Assembly (NCBI RefSeq): GCF_964355755.1
Contig: NC_092671.1
Location: 8,928,001-8,992,000 of the forward strand
Source: Antedon mediterranea
Lineage: Eukaryota; Animalia; Echinodermata
Length of the DNA: 64,000 bases
Direction: 5' to 3'
The position numbers were made by a program, and so were the translations under genes. Under the pieces are notes generated by a model. That model searched no databases, was not told the DNA's origin, and saw only the letters and a program-made list of their open reading frames with translations. Shown here piece after piece: positions 10,701 through 25,700 of the stretch; the first letter of the stretch is position 1, and every line of letters starts with the position of its first letter.

Positions 10701-13700
10701 GGCCCGGTTTAGCCAGTGAGTGCTCATAGTTGTTACACCATTGCTTTTCACTCGTCTCTTTCCCAAATATCAAATTAACATTCTCAAAATAAATGAAAGT
10801 ATATTTTTATTTTTTAGCACTTGAATGAGATGTTGAAAGCTGGCAAGTTGCAGTTGGACAGCGATGGTTACCTAATGATGCCACAAGCTGAATCTTTTGA
10901 AAACTGCCTCAAACCACCATCAGAACAGACACCTATGACTGAGTTTTTTAATGATGGATATTGTATAAAAGACAAGGTAACAAAATGCAACAATAAATCA
11001 GTTTTCATGCTAAATATTTTCGGTATCATAGGTAAATTCCATGATACAACATCACATGTGTTCCACATGTGACACTAAACTAACCCTTTGTATAACCTTC
11101 CATGGTACAGGGATCACATAGATACACAAGAGAGTTTGTATTATATTATGGAATTTGCCTGGTAGTGGACAACTATTGGGATGTGGAGATACAGCACTGA
11201 GATTCGGTTGCATAAAATAACCACTGGAAACTTTCTATCAAAAGTCCCTATTGTGACTGAAAAATATTTGTATGAGAAGGAAAAAAATTAAAAATATTAC
11301 CTTAATTAATTTAATCAATTATATTTTGTTCTAGACCTACCCTCTGCATGTCAGCATAGATACAAACCAAGTGGACTTTGGCTGCTGCACCAAATTGAAC
11401 CACATAGGATTCAAGACTCTAAATGTGACAAATAACACTAAAGGAAAAGTGACTATTATGTGGATGGGTAGTCCAGATAACACCTTCTCTGTGTCACCCG
11501 TGACGTGTGACATCCCACCACTTAAAATGACCTCTTTCAGAGTCACCTTCAAACCAGTAAATATTTTTATTTATATTTTATATATATGAATGAAATAGTA
11601 ACAGTAATGCAATATAAGGAATAAATATACAGTAGTAACTTTAGATGAATTTTAGTTTACTCAACAATCCTTTTCATTTATTTGAATAGTTGAATATCAA
11701 TATTACAGGCATAGAGAAACTCTAAATTACCCAGTGATGTAGCCTACTCAAAATTATTTAATCTAACAAAATATTTTGAACGTCATATGCAGACCTTTTA
11801 CCATTAGACCACTGGGCCTACATAATATGGTTCAGATTCAATTGAATAGTGACTCTTTTAACATTCTCAGAATGCTCAATTTTACACAATGCAACAAATA
11901 TCTCATCTTGTTGTACTATGGTAATATTCTAGGTTTAAATATTAATACATAAGTGAAATTAATACAATTATTTCTCTTCTTCTTCTCTCTGTAGAATTCT
12001 CCTAATCAATTTTATGGGTCAGAACTAGAAGGATATGCCTTTTATAAGGTGAGTTGTAAAGTTTAAACATTCCTGTTTTCAATATTCTGTCTTGTTATTT
12101 AATCATATACAGCCTCTCCATTTGACATAAGTAAAATTTATTTAATTAATTCTTATAGAGTATGCGTGACTATCGCTTGGTACAAGATGAAACATTCTGC
12201 CCCCCATGGTGCATGACGGTTAATGCAATTGGACAAACATTTCAGCATGGACAGCAAACATTCATGCCACGCCTCATCTTTGATAAAAAGGAATTGGTAA
12301 TACACTTGTATTTAAATTGTTTTGTTGATTTCTGTTTGTCTCCCTCAAGCTCTAATAATATGTAGTAGCTTACATTGAACTCCCTACAATTAATTACCAG
12401 TAACATTGTGTATCTGTTTTTCAGGTTTTCCCTGCTGTTGATGTTAATGGATCTGTTTACAAAACAGTTCTTATGACAAACTCTGGAACAACACCAATAC
12501 GCTACGAGTTTGACAGTGATCCATCTGGGTAAATTGAAGTATTAGTAATTATAACAAACATGCCTGTGTCTTACCATTTGATTGGTTAATTTCATATTAT
12601 GTGCCGTTGAAAATTAGTTCTACTGAATGGTAAAAGATCTATTCAATTGTTCTATTTAATGTTCTATTTCACAGCAGCTTTTTTAGAAATTGTTAAAATG
12701 TTGTGCAATTCAATGTTTGTGACTGTTGACTGTTTCAAAACAAACCTGTAGTGTGAGTGAGTGGCCGAGCGGTTAAGACAGTGGAACCGTAATCACGTAG
12801 CCATAACATCGGCAGGGGTTCGAGGCTCACTCACTCCATGGTTCTGGTGGTAGAACGAGTCTTCTCGGATAAGGACTATAAACCGTAGGTCCAGTGTACA
12901 CAACTTGCTTGTGTGCACTTTAAAGAACCTAGTACATCTTTCGAGACGAGTAGGGGGTTACCCCGGTGTATTAGTACATCACAGCCACTGATCACCAACT
13001 GGGCCCTCTGGGAGATCAGTCTTTGACTGAAGAGGTCACCCAGTATAAAGATAAAACAAACAAACAATAGTGTAAATCATATATAACTAACAGCCAAAAT
13101 CGGAGTGTTTTAATATTGTCTTTATGTTGATATAAATTTTGCAGTACACCATTTTTATTAATTATGAAAAGAACTGTTGAAATTTTGTATCGCAAACTTT
13201 ATATCAACATATTTATTTTGCCATGACAATATTTTCCCTATTCAACTCTAAATATAATAGAATAAAATAAACATTCCTTATTTGTATATTAGTGATATTA
13301 ATTCATAAAAAAATATTCACACTTATAATATAAATACAATTTTGATTCTGTTCTTCATTTAAAAAAAGAAAATGTAAACAGTACAAGGAATTTGTTCTTA
13401 TGTTGTTAATGTTATTAATTATTATATTATTAATAATTTTTCTTCCAAAGGTCATTTATCGTGAAACCAAGTAAGGGTTTGTTACGGGGTAAACATCAGT
13501 TGTTTGTGGTTCGTATGAATCCAAAAGAGTCTAAAATATTAAAGCATACGTTTAATTGTTCCATCAATGACGATTCAAAACATACTAAGCATCTTCCAGT
13601 TAGCGGATCTTCAGAGCTGCCTAAAATTTTGCTTGATAACCAAGTAAGTTTAACAAAAAAGTGCCATGTGCCTAAATATGGTAGTGATATGCCCAAATAT

Positions 13701-16700
13701 GGTAGTGATATAACATCATCATGTCCATATATGGGCACATCACATTTTTTGTTACACAAAGTTTGATAGTGTAGGCTGAGCTTTAGAACTGATAATTTAT
13801 AGCATTATGATAATTATTATGATCTCTTTATAGGGCACACTTTTCTTCAAACCAACATGTATTGGGACGTCATCAAGAAGAATGTACAACGTTAGAAATA
13901 TTTCCCGGATACCCCTACAGTTTGAATGGAAGATTCCTCCTGACGACACAAGCTTTGTGTCTGTGTTTCCAACACATGGCACCATTATGCCCAATGAAAT
14001 TCAGGTACGTATTGTTTTCAGTTTTTAAACTACGCCAGTAGGGCAAAAGGCACACCACAATAAAGACTACCGGACACGTAGAACTCAAGTAGAATAAGAT
14101 CTTTATTCGTCAAAACCAAATATCACAACAATAACATAACAACAAGCGGCCATGGTATGTGAGTCAACCCTGATAGGGGCCGCTAGACTGGCGCTATTTA
14201 AACTCATGAAATACCATTGTACTGTGTATTACTATATTACAACACAATGAAAGTTAATTTTTTTATTTAGGAAACTTTACCTTTAGAATAGTGGCACTCT
14301 GTGGTGCACTAAAAAAATAATAATCAACAATATAAACATTAAAAATATGTACAAAAAAAATGTATCTCCATTTGATTAGTTGCTTCATTTAATATTTATC
14401 TATTTAATTGAGAAACAGTCATTATTTGTATTATATTGACCACAAGTATTGGTTCCTTATAGACACATGAATGGACGTTCACTCCAAAGCAACATCAAAA
14501 ATATGTGTTGAAGCCGTACATGTTGGTAACAGATAGCAAGCACAGTGGGTAAGTGTAGTGTTTTATACGCTGAGACTGAAAAATTATCTATTTTGTAACT
14601 TTAACCAAAAGTCAAAATATGTTGACCTTTTCAATAACAGGCTCCTACTAAATAACCTTTCCACTCCATGTGCAATTCTGACAAAATTGATGATTCAAAA
14701 GGGTTTATTTTCCGTCTACACTATTAAACTTTATGTGACAAAAAAATGATGATGTTTGGGCATATTGCTACCATATTTCGGCACAATTTTTTGTCAAATA
14801 AATTTTGATAGTGTAGACAGAGCTTAAGTCTTAACAACTCATAACGTGTAATAATTAATTATTAGTTGTTAAATAAAATTATAAGTTTGTTTCATTTTGT
14901 CTTGTAGGGATCGGAAGAAAATTAAAAAGTTCAGCTTAAGAGTGATAGGAGAAGGTTCAGCCGGAGAAATTAAGGTAATAAATTTAAGACAGAAAAAGTA
15001 AAGATGTTGATAATGATGCTGCATAATAGTGATAAAAAGAATAACGGCAAGGAAGGTGAAGATATAGAAATAATGATAAATAATAATAATACTAATGACA
15101 AATTGTTAAGACGATTTTTTGGTCGAAACAATCAAATTATTTTTGTAATGATTATAAAGTAGAACCCTGAATAGGGATTACCTGTGATATTAAAATCTAT
15201 ATTCCGCCTCTTTAGTTTCACAGGAAAATGTTCTCTTAATAGCTTTGTCTTCCGAATAGGACACGGCTTGGGATGACAGACAAACTTACATTGACATTAA
15301 AGTAAATGATAAATACCTTTTTCAGTTATAATTTATTTAAAATTATCTCTTTCATTAGGCTGAAAAAGAACATATTAATTTGTCCGACATTGTAGTAGGC
15401 ACTGCCGTCACCACTGGCATGACACTTGTAAATTTAGGTGATTGTGGGCTACATTACAGACTTCTAGTTGAGCAGAATCTTGATGGTTCAAACTGGGATG
15501 AAACCATGGCTGATGACCAACCAGGTATGATCTGATGGACATTTCTTTTGGGGTGGCCATGTACTTGTAGCCTCAAACATATTCTTAATAATGTTTTCAC
15601 TTGGTATAGTTTATTATGTGTGGCCTGTTTCTAGTAAAGCCAAATACAGTAATAATAATAATAGTTCATTCTTATATAACGCTCTACAAGCAAGCTTCTC
15701 TAAGCGCTGAACATTATTACCCCAGTCATTTTTAGGATCAAACACGTATGGAAACATACTCCCATAATGCAGCTAGTAATCTCTTCTTAATTTAAGCCTG
15801 TTTTGTTGTAGTGTGTTTTATAATTGTTTAGCATTTCTGTTTTAATTTGATCTACTTTAACTTTAAATCTATTTATCCATTAATATACATTGATATACTT
15901 TTTTCTTTTTCTCCTTTCAATGTATAATTTTCTTGTTTGTTCATCAGTTTGATAATTGTGATACTGGAGTTGTATTTCTTTCATACGGCCTCGTGGAAGA
16001 ACACATTTTACTGTGAATGAGCCTTCATTTTAAAATAAATATTTTATTTTTATTATTATTATATTATGTCGACCATACTCCATCTTAATTCTTCCAGCTG
16101 TAGAACTTAACATCACTCAGGACATCTTACCTGCGAGATCAGAACGCAAAATATTTGCGACAGTAAGACCTGTACGGCGAGTTGATTACACGTTCCGTGT
16201 CTACTACCAAATACTGATGCCAGATGGAATTGAGGCTGGAGTTCCAATTGAAAATGAAAAGCAGTTACTATGCGAACTGTCAACTACCGGTGTTTATCCA
16301 AGCTTAGCGATTACAGATGCCAGATGCTCTGGCAGTGCGAGTGGAGTCAGTAAAGCACGATTGTGGAGCCTACTGTCTCTGGATAAGTTAGTCTTCATTT
16401 AGATTTCATTTTTTTAAAAAGGACTTATTTCATGACGCTCATTTTGCTTTGGAAAATAAGTTGGGTTATTATCAATGTTATTCCAATATTTATATTTTAT
16501 AATAAAAAATAGAAATTTTAAACCCAAAGCAAGGCCGTAGCAAGAAGTTAATAACAGATGAGGCAAAGATCCTTTAATATAATTATTAATATAAAATATT
16601 ACAAGCTGTGTATTGGGGTGGGTAGTGACAATTTGAGATTGAGACAAATGAGATGTGATGAGTGCTTCGTCTGCCTCATGCTGGCTATGGCCCTGAAAAG

Positions 16701-19700
16701 GTACCCTTAACATAAGGAAGCTTCTGAGAAATTCTCAATTTTGACTCACATTTTCTTATGAAAACCTTTTATCAACTATTTTTTCATCGGCATCTCAATT
16801 TGAACAATTTCACAGATACTTTATTTATCTAACGCAAAATTTTGAATTTTTTTTTACAGTTTGAATGTTTGCCTTGACTCTGATCCCAGTCCAGAAGAAC
16901 TTATGTATTCGCGTATAACACGCCACAGTACCAGAAGACGAATACCAGTACACACAAGATCTATATTGGACTTTAACTTTGGCGCAGCTCCTTTAAGATC
17001 TGAACCATGTCTTTTACATCTGATGGTTGAGAATACTGGCACTGTGCCAACTGAATGGTAATTATGATATTGATTATGCTGTTGGGTGAACCTTCTATGG
17101 ATAATATTAATTAGGGAGGAGTTATTACAGAAGTTAATACCTTTTAATAATTGTTGTAAAAGAAAAAATATCTAGGGGAATATTTAGAGGAAGCTGAGGA
17201 GTTGTTTTTAACTACTTCTTCTTCCATTTAGAAGCAAACTTCATATTTAATAGTGCTCCACTATTACAGTTGTTGCAAAATAAAATTAAAAAATAGCTTG
17301 ATTTTGTTGAGCCAGCAAGGTCTTGCCGCCGCGGCACCTTCACTACTTAAGCTAGTTACTAAATAGATTTATAAAACCACAATGGTTTCAGTCTTTGAAT
17401 TTGAGACTTTTACAATTCAACTTATATTTTAATGTTTTCTATTTTGGAGATGAAAATTTGTATTAATTTATTTTAGGGGTTTACTGTTTCCAAGTGACTT
17501 ACAGTTGGAGCTAGAATACTGGGCAGAGACGGGAGAATTTGATTCTGATGAGCTTCACGAGGTAAACTACATTTTTATTTTATAAAATCTGTTCATATGC
17601 AGTACTATTATGGATTTATTCAAGAAGAACTCATACTTCCATATTCAACTCATATTATATTACTGTGGGAACACTTGCTGTATTATAGAATCCAATGGAA
17701 ATACATTACATGGTACATTTTACAATACAGTAGAACCACTATTTAAGATGTATTGTCTCCCTGAAAAATATTTTTTTAAATTTTTGTTGTTGAATATTCC
17801 ATTTGAATGTCACATAATAGTTATTATATTGATTTCGACCAAAAATTGGATCGAAACAAAAATTATTTACCTGAAAAAACTGGAATTTAAAGCAAAAAAT
17901 TTTCAAATTGGCTGCCAGCCAATGAATTTTTGGTTGAATTTAACCAGTTATTATGTTATTTTATAAGTGAAAACAATATTGTTTCCATTTTTTTTCTACG
18001 GAAGTGATTCACTTTATTAAAACTACAAAATAACCTATTCAAAGTCTGATTTAGATAATCGTAATTTTTCATGTTTTTGGGGGACAATACATCTTTAAGG
18101 GAGACATTTGGGACCGAACAAAGTGTGCTGTAGTGTTAAAACTCGCTTATTTTGTTTCATAGGAAAGTGCCCTCTCAATAGAATTTTCCCCAATAATTGT
18201 TAAAAGGTGTTATTGCCTCTGATTTTGTTTTCATCCACTTTTGTCTGTCCTCATCCTTAGAGATATCTTTTTACTTATTATTAATAAAGAAAACTGAAGA
18301 TAATAGGTTCCTTTATGTGTTAAATATTCCGCTTGACAAAACTTTTGACTTTATTTTTACAGATGAGAATAATGGACAATAAGTTATTTGATGTCCAGCC
18401 AAGAAAAGGACATCTTGATCCAGGCCAATCTGACACGATAACATTAACATACAACCATGAATTTGCAGGGACTGACCGTTTACCAGTCCTCTTCAAGGTC
18501 ATGAGAGGACGTGAAATTTTGGTAAGACTGAAACTTAAAGAAATTCTGTTGTATTTCATGCCTAGAATTACCACCCAAAATAACATTAACTTGGGAAGTA
18601 CAGTATGTTTACACATGGAGTAGGTACCAAAAGTTGGCGACTGAAAGGTTCTGTGCTGACTAGGTTGAAACGACCCTAGGCCGTCCAGGACCTTTCTGTC
18701 ACCCACTTTTGGTACCTACTCCATGTGTAAACCTGCAAACACTATAAAATGTGTTGGAGTTTGTCATAATTGAAAAATCTTGCCAGTAGTAACCTCACAT
18801 GTATGCAGCATATTGTCTAATGTTCAATCGTTAGCTTTCTATATGAATAACTTTCTTTGTTCTTTCATCAGTTAAACTTCATTGGTGTTACTGTGGATCA
18901 CTGTAAACCATATGTACATTTTCCTGGCAACAAGCACATGTTCTCACCAGTGCCTGTGGGTGGAGTAAACAACCCCAAACAAGTTTATGAATTGTACAAT
19001 GGTGGCGCTGTTGAAGTTACGTACCAGCTTGATTTGACAGCTCTAGATTATGTTCAAACAGTAAGTTTTTAATATACAAGTATCTTTCTCATGTTTTAAA
19101 TATAGCGTTAGTTATGCATTATATATCTAGATGGTGATTTTAAGAGTGAATTAAACTCACTGCAGAGCCGCTCTCACATGTTACATGAGGTGAGCAGACA
19201 AACATCTCATCTAAAGGAGAGTAAAACTCTTTTTTACAGTGTTTATTGTTATTGCAACAATATCATAAGTAAAACAACCAAGATGTTAACAAGCCATTAA
19301 AAGAATGTGCTTTGTCCAGTATCTTCTTAAGCTCTGTCTACACTATCAAACTTTATGTGACAAAAAAATGTGACGTGTTTATATATATGGACATGATGAT
19401 GTCATATCACTACCATATTTGGGCAGATCACACTTTTTTTGACAAACTAGTTTGATAGTCTAGACAGAGCTTGAAGTATGAAATGTATGGAAAGTAAATG
19501 CTCTTATCGTTCTATTTTTAGGAAAACTTTAACCACAAAGTATTTGAATGCCTGAACCCTACTGGTTGGGTACAACCTGGACAAACTGCCAATGTCCAGT
19601 GGATCTTCTCACCACTTGAGGCAAAAACATACATGGTAAGATTAGATATGACTTTTAATCATGTTCTACTCTACTAAAAACAGTGATTACTTCACTACCA

Positions 19701-22700
19701 ATGAAAGTCATGACAGAAAAGAATTCTCACAATTAAATAAAAAATATCATTTTGAGGAGAGTGCACATGAGCCATGTCTGTTTTAAAAGTAATTTTACCT
19801 CAAACACAGGTTGATGTTCCTATCCACATAACCGGAGGAGACACAGCATTGATAACATTCACAGGAGTTGGGTATGATGCACGTGTGATGGGAGACACCA
19901 TGCGTCTATCAGACCAAACCCAACTGACAGGTGTTCCGCCAATTCAGAGTGTTCCAATTCCGGGCCAGGTAAGATTTTCCATTTAATACATTTCATTTAC
20001 TAGTGACAAAATAAAACCTAATGCTCTGTCTGAGCCTCATCCTGCACACTAACAAACTCTGCATTGCATTTATCTACAACGAATGGAGTAGTGGACAGAA
20101 AACAACAAATTTGAATGTAATATGTAAACAAGGAAGGAGGTGGGTAGAGAACAACAAATCTTAAGCTCTGTCTACACTATCAAACTTTATGTGACAAGAA
20201 AATGTGATGTGCCCATATATGGACACAATGATGTCATATCACTACCATATTTGGGTACATCACACTTTTTTTGGTCAAAGTAGTTTGATAGTGTAGACAG
20301 AGCTTAAGAAGTGTTTATCATTTCTTTTTATTGCAATTTTTTTCCAGCTGTTGTACCTTAGTGAGGAGCGTATTTCTCTTGGAAACTTAGCCCTCTTTAG
20401 CCAAGCACGAAAACCAGTATATCTGACAAATAGGTCACAGGAGCATTCAGTGACCTTTGAATGGTATGTGACCAGTAAAGCGCATAGTCAGGTCAGTATT
20501 TTCTTCAATATGTATTTTATACAGTTTTAAGCCTTAACCTTTTATTGCAACCCAACACCAACGTGGAAATGACCTTTGGCCATTTTTAGCTTTATGTCAT
20601 CAAATTTTATTTGCCAGTTATTACATTTTAAAAATCAAACTATATCAAATCAAATTATATAATGTATAACCTTTAACCTCTTGCAGATGATTGACATCCA
20701 ACCAGTGAGTGGTAGACTTGCACCAGGTCAGAGCACTGTCTGTAAAGTGAACTTTATTGCAAAAGAGGAGCCTTGTTTCTATGATTTGGACTTGGTGTGT
20801 GAGGTAGGATTCTATGTTGCTGAATACGAGCTCTGAATCAGTAGAACACTTACTTCGGGACACCCCCAATCTGGGAACACCTATTCATGTGAAAGAACGA
20901 ACAAAAATATGTTATGCTATGACCAACCTCTATTTAAACGCACACTTTCCCATGAAATAAATAAGTGACAATATATTTTTAACTCTACAGGCAACACCTA
21001 TTCAGAGGTTAACTCTAATATGTGGACACTTTGGTGGGTCCTGAAGTTATCCTCGTAATTGGAGTTCTGTTGTATTTTTATTTGGGAATTTTCAAAACCC
21101 ATTTTTGTTATTGTAGAGAAAACCGCATATTTTATAATGTCAACTTTAACTCAAATAACATTTCAATTTGCTGATCTTTTTTGTTTCATTGTTATTTTTG
21201 TATCAAAGACTATTATTTCTGTTTAGATTTAGTAATTGATTTAATTTGTCAAATTAATAAGTATTTTATATTTTTGCAGGTTACTGATATGACTGTTATG
21301 GATAACTATTTAGAAGAGCTGAATAAGTGGGAAACGGAACTACATCGACAAAAATATGAATTCTCAATAACAGAAAAAGACTTTAATGGGGTCCGTACCA
21401 TGTTTATTTGTTAAATGTTATGCTATTTCTGTTTATTTAAAATAGTTGGTTCTTTAGCCCATTACTAATTTCTCAAATTTAATTAATGTCTTTATAGATG
21501 GAAACATGTTCACATTAAAAACATACACACAGAATACGCTACATATAATACTATCGTCTAAAACGTTTTGTTAGTGGAGTTCTTGGTATTTAAAGCCTTG
21601 ATTGTTGGATCTTACACATCGTAACCTCTAAGTGATAACTCCACTATAAATTGACTTGCCCTGTAAAATAAATATATTTTTATTTCATCAATAACATTTT
21701 AACATTAACAATTTATTGTATTTATGTATAAAACCTTAGTTATTCATATGACATGTACATACAGTAGGTCAATTTAGATGGTAATTTAATAATAATACCA
21801 TTATTCATGTGCACTTTTGTATTATCTTGGAATAATATCATTTTGGAATAATTAATGATAATTATGAATTATTCTGATTTTGGCAATCGATGTAGGCTAC
21901 ATAACTTACTTGAAACTTAAAACTTATTGTGTGTGGGTATATATTACATAATTACCCACATTACACATAATTTGACCCACAGTCAGTTATACTTCAAAGC
22001 CCAGAATGGTATTAAAGTCCTTATTTGACCAATACTTGTTCAATTTTCCTTCAAAAACGTTTACAGATGTTGCGTTTAGTCATATGGCAATGCGTTCCAG
22101 TGATTTAAAAAAATTAACATCAATTTATCTGATTTAAAAGACCCAGTTAAGTTTTATTTTACTTTTTTATTTAATTTTTATGGTAACAAGGATGTGCTGT
22201 AGTAAGTTTTTAAACAAAAGCTTTAAAGTTATGTTCTTACATTACCGTTGCAATAACATTTTATTTTACTAGGACAATTTATTTGTTACAATTTCTATAT
22301 ATAGTTTTTTACATCTACTTAATAATTGAATACATTTATGTTTCACCAGCATGTTCCAAACAAACGTTTGTGTGAAATAATTAAAGAAGCCCAAAGGGTT
22401 CCATCTCCCGAGTACAAGAAATACCATACACTACCTCCAATAAGAGATAGAGATACAGTTACTGACCAACACGATGCAGAAGGAGACAATGAACTGGTCA
22501 GTTCATTATGGCCAAAACCTGACCCACCGGAACCGTTCTTGCTGCATTTAGGCGTCACTACAAGGACCCATTCGATTGCCGAATTTCAGAATAACTTTCC
22601 AAATGATGTTGAGAAATGCTTTATTGATAAGTAAGTTAACATTTTTTCAGATATCTATGATTGAACATCACTTAGTGGCACATAGTAATGGCATCAGTGT

Positions 22701-25700
22701 ATACAGTCAACTCTCCCAATACCGGACACCTTTGGGCCGGCCAAATAAGTCTGGTTTTCCAGAAAGTCTGGTATTCGAAATGTGTTTTTAATGGTAAATA
22801 TAAATTTGGGACCTTTTGGTCCTCAAAAAAAGTCTGGTATTGGGAGAGTTTCTGGTTTTCAGAGAGTCCGGTATTGGGAGAGTTGACTGTATATATTTAA
22901 AAACAAATTAAATTGATTGATTTAGAAAATAATTATTAATATTATTCATCTCCATTCAAATGCATATAACATTTAAAAGTAATAATGAGTAGTTATTATT
23001 CAGGGTATATTAATTTCATTCAACATTTAAAAAAACAACAAATCCTGTGGGTGAAATACTACGAGATAAAAACATCAAAAGTACATTTGGCAATCAACTA
23101 TTAAATGAGTGAACTATTACTATTACTACAATTATTTTGCATTTTTATAAAGACTACTATACAGTATACAACATTTTTAAAAATGAAACTAAATGATTTC
23201 ACAAAAGATGTTTTAACATCTTTTGTGATATCATTTAGTTTCTGTATTATACTATTGTATGTTGGTCTGATCAACAAATACAACTAATTGTGTTGTTTGT
23301 TTTGAAATATGTAAAAATATTATTATTTTTCCCGATTAGCTAGACTGTATTATACTATTGTGTGTTGACCTGATCAAAAAATACAATTGTGTTTGTTTTA
23401 AAAAATGTAAAACTATTATTATTTTTCACGATTAGCTAGACTTTTCTAATATTTAAACTAGATTAGTAAATTAGCATTTCCCTGTTGACAAACGCTTAAA
23501 ATTAACATATCTTAAAATATTAACATAATCCATTGAAACAAATCTCACTAATTGCTCTAAATACAACCTGCATATGTATTTGTAAGCCACTGGTACAATA
23601 GATTGGATCATTGTATGTAAAACAACTATAATTAAATACTTAAATATTCATTTATATTCAGACTTTATTCGGGGGGGATGGAATTTTTAATAATAATAAA
23701 AAACAAAACTAAAATTTGGTTTTATCCCCTGCCTACTACAGGAGTATGAGCAAAACTTTGAATGCCAGTTCAGGACACCAGCAAGAAAATATCGAGTCAC
23801 AGTACTGCAATGAAGAAGAGGGCAACACTGTTGGTCTTGTTGTCGCTAACATTATACGGTAACAGTTAATATTTTTGTTTAAAGACTCCTGTTCATAGAA
23901 TTCTAAACACAAGAGATATTCATTCATTCATTCAATCTTTTATTTCTGAATCTCTGGTCCATAGAAAGTAAAAATTACATATAAATGAAATAAAATAAAC
24001 AAGACAAATTACTACTACTCATCTCAGGATAGCATTCCACCTGGAGAGCATGTTTGACTTAACTAAGACTTATAATCGTTGAGACTAAAAAATGATTAAG
24101 AAGACACCTTGTTTGTAACCTCTGTAAAATACAACATGATACGATAGTAAAACTGCAGAACAATACAAGCAACAGTAAACATATTAAATTGAAATGTTTA
24201 TAGTAAAGCTAAAAAACTACATTTTGAAGACACCAAATTGTGATAATATAAAGTACGTATTTTATAAACCATTAACAATGGAAAATGTACTTCAATGGAA
24301 ATGAAGTGTAATAACATTATTATTATTTTTTTATTACCATTATAACTACTATTTATTTAAAGGTGACATCAATTGCAATATGTTTGGAAAGCATTATAAT
24401 TCACTTTATTTATGTTTGTTGTAATATTACCGGTGTTATCTCATTAGCGCTTACCATATGGTGGAGCTACAGCATATAACAGCAATAACCTGGACAAATC
24501 ATACTTACAAATATCAGTGTGAAGTGTTTACATAACACATTTGAATAGTAATTATGTAATGAGTTGATGTGGTTTGATAAAGCAGTTAAACATTGGCTAG
24601 TTCATATACTTCTGGCTTTTATTTTATATTCTTTGAAAATAAAAATTGAATTGTGGTTAGATTACATAAATAAAAAAAGTATAATAATCTTTAAAAAAAA
24701 CAAGGTAGAGTCGAGAATGTCAAAGTTTATTATGAGAAGAAAATATAAAATATTCATAAATTCTGCATATTGTCCTTGAATATTTACAGCTATTGTAATT
24801 ATAATCAGAACAGTTTAATTAATATTAATTAATACCTTTTTATAGAGGCCTGCTTGATGATCACGATTTCCATAAGGCACTAAGTGAAGTTCCCAGGGAA
24901 CCTATTCCATATTTTAGCCAGTTCAGCGAACAGCCAGTAGCAGTGTCTCGAATGGAACAAACATCTGCTGTACAGAGTATGGGTTCCCTTGGGAAAGAAG
25001 ATGACCAGGATGAAGAGAGTATCATAACAAATGTAAACAAAATAATTTATTTGCCATTATATTTTACTTGGTACTGATAACATTATTATGAGTTTTTATC
25101 TAAAAACATGAAGCTATCTGAAATAATGTTCCAACACTTTAATATGCATTGTGAAAAGCAGATTTTTGTTTAAACTTATAATAAGTAATAGTTTCACTTA
25201 AAAATGTTGAAAAGTGAGCTAGAAAGGGTTGGGAGGAAATTCCTGAGAAAAATCAAGTGAACAAAATTAAAAATTGGCTTTATAGATTTTATGGGCTTAC
25301 ATTTACTTAATATTTTTGATTTTAGACTTCCGCTGCAAGGTCTGTAAATTCTGGTTCTACTGAAGAGTTAGCACCCTCTGCAACCGGTGATCAACGATCT
25401 GTCTACTCCCATACAGATGAAGATTATGAACAAAGTTTGCAACAGGAGCAGAAGAGGATCCAAGAACAAACATTAAAAAGGTTTTAGTAAAATGTCTCTT
25501 TATATTCATTAATCTGGGTTCTAGTCAGCGATTCCACTTAATATTGGTAAAATACATTTTGGCACATGTGGCGTTTTATACATATGATACTTTAGAGCTG
25601 GAATAACTATGCTTGTAAAGTAATACCAAGGCAATCTAACAACAGGACACTGAGCTCGCCTTGCCAAGATTGGAACTTGTAACAGTCCTGATGCATATTC

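Noticed and set aside
10552-10730. GC-rich intronic patch and 78-aa ORF as an exon
   Set aside because: It is not needed for CFAP65 frame continuity. It begins CAGTGGC like a decayed hAT-type element, but I could not define TIRs or a TSD.
12755-12840. tRNA genes at SINE heads (also 35563, 8888, 26462)
   Set aside because: A and B boxes are present but there is no intact cloverleaf or acceptor stem; 12755, 35563 and 8888 continue into SINE-like bodies and 26462 is a degenerate head.
13496-13766. Recurrent peptide KKCDVPIYGHDDV / MPKYGSD in several ORFs (also near 35080, 36106 and 61395), suggesting a small gene family
   Set aside because: These are translations of MITE family A internal sequence, with no consistent frame or splice structure.
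17610-17966. 118-aa intronic ORF
   Set aside because: AT-rich composition spanning nested transposon remnants, with no motif.
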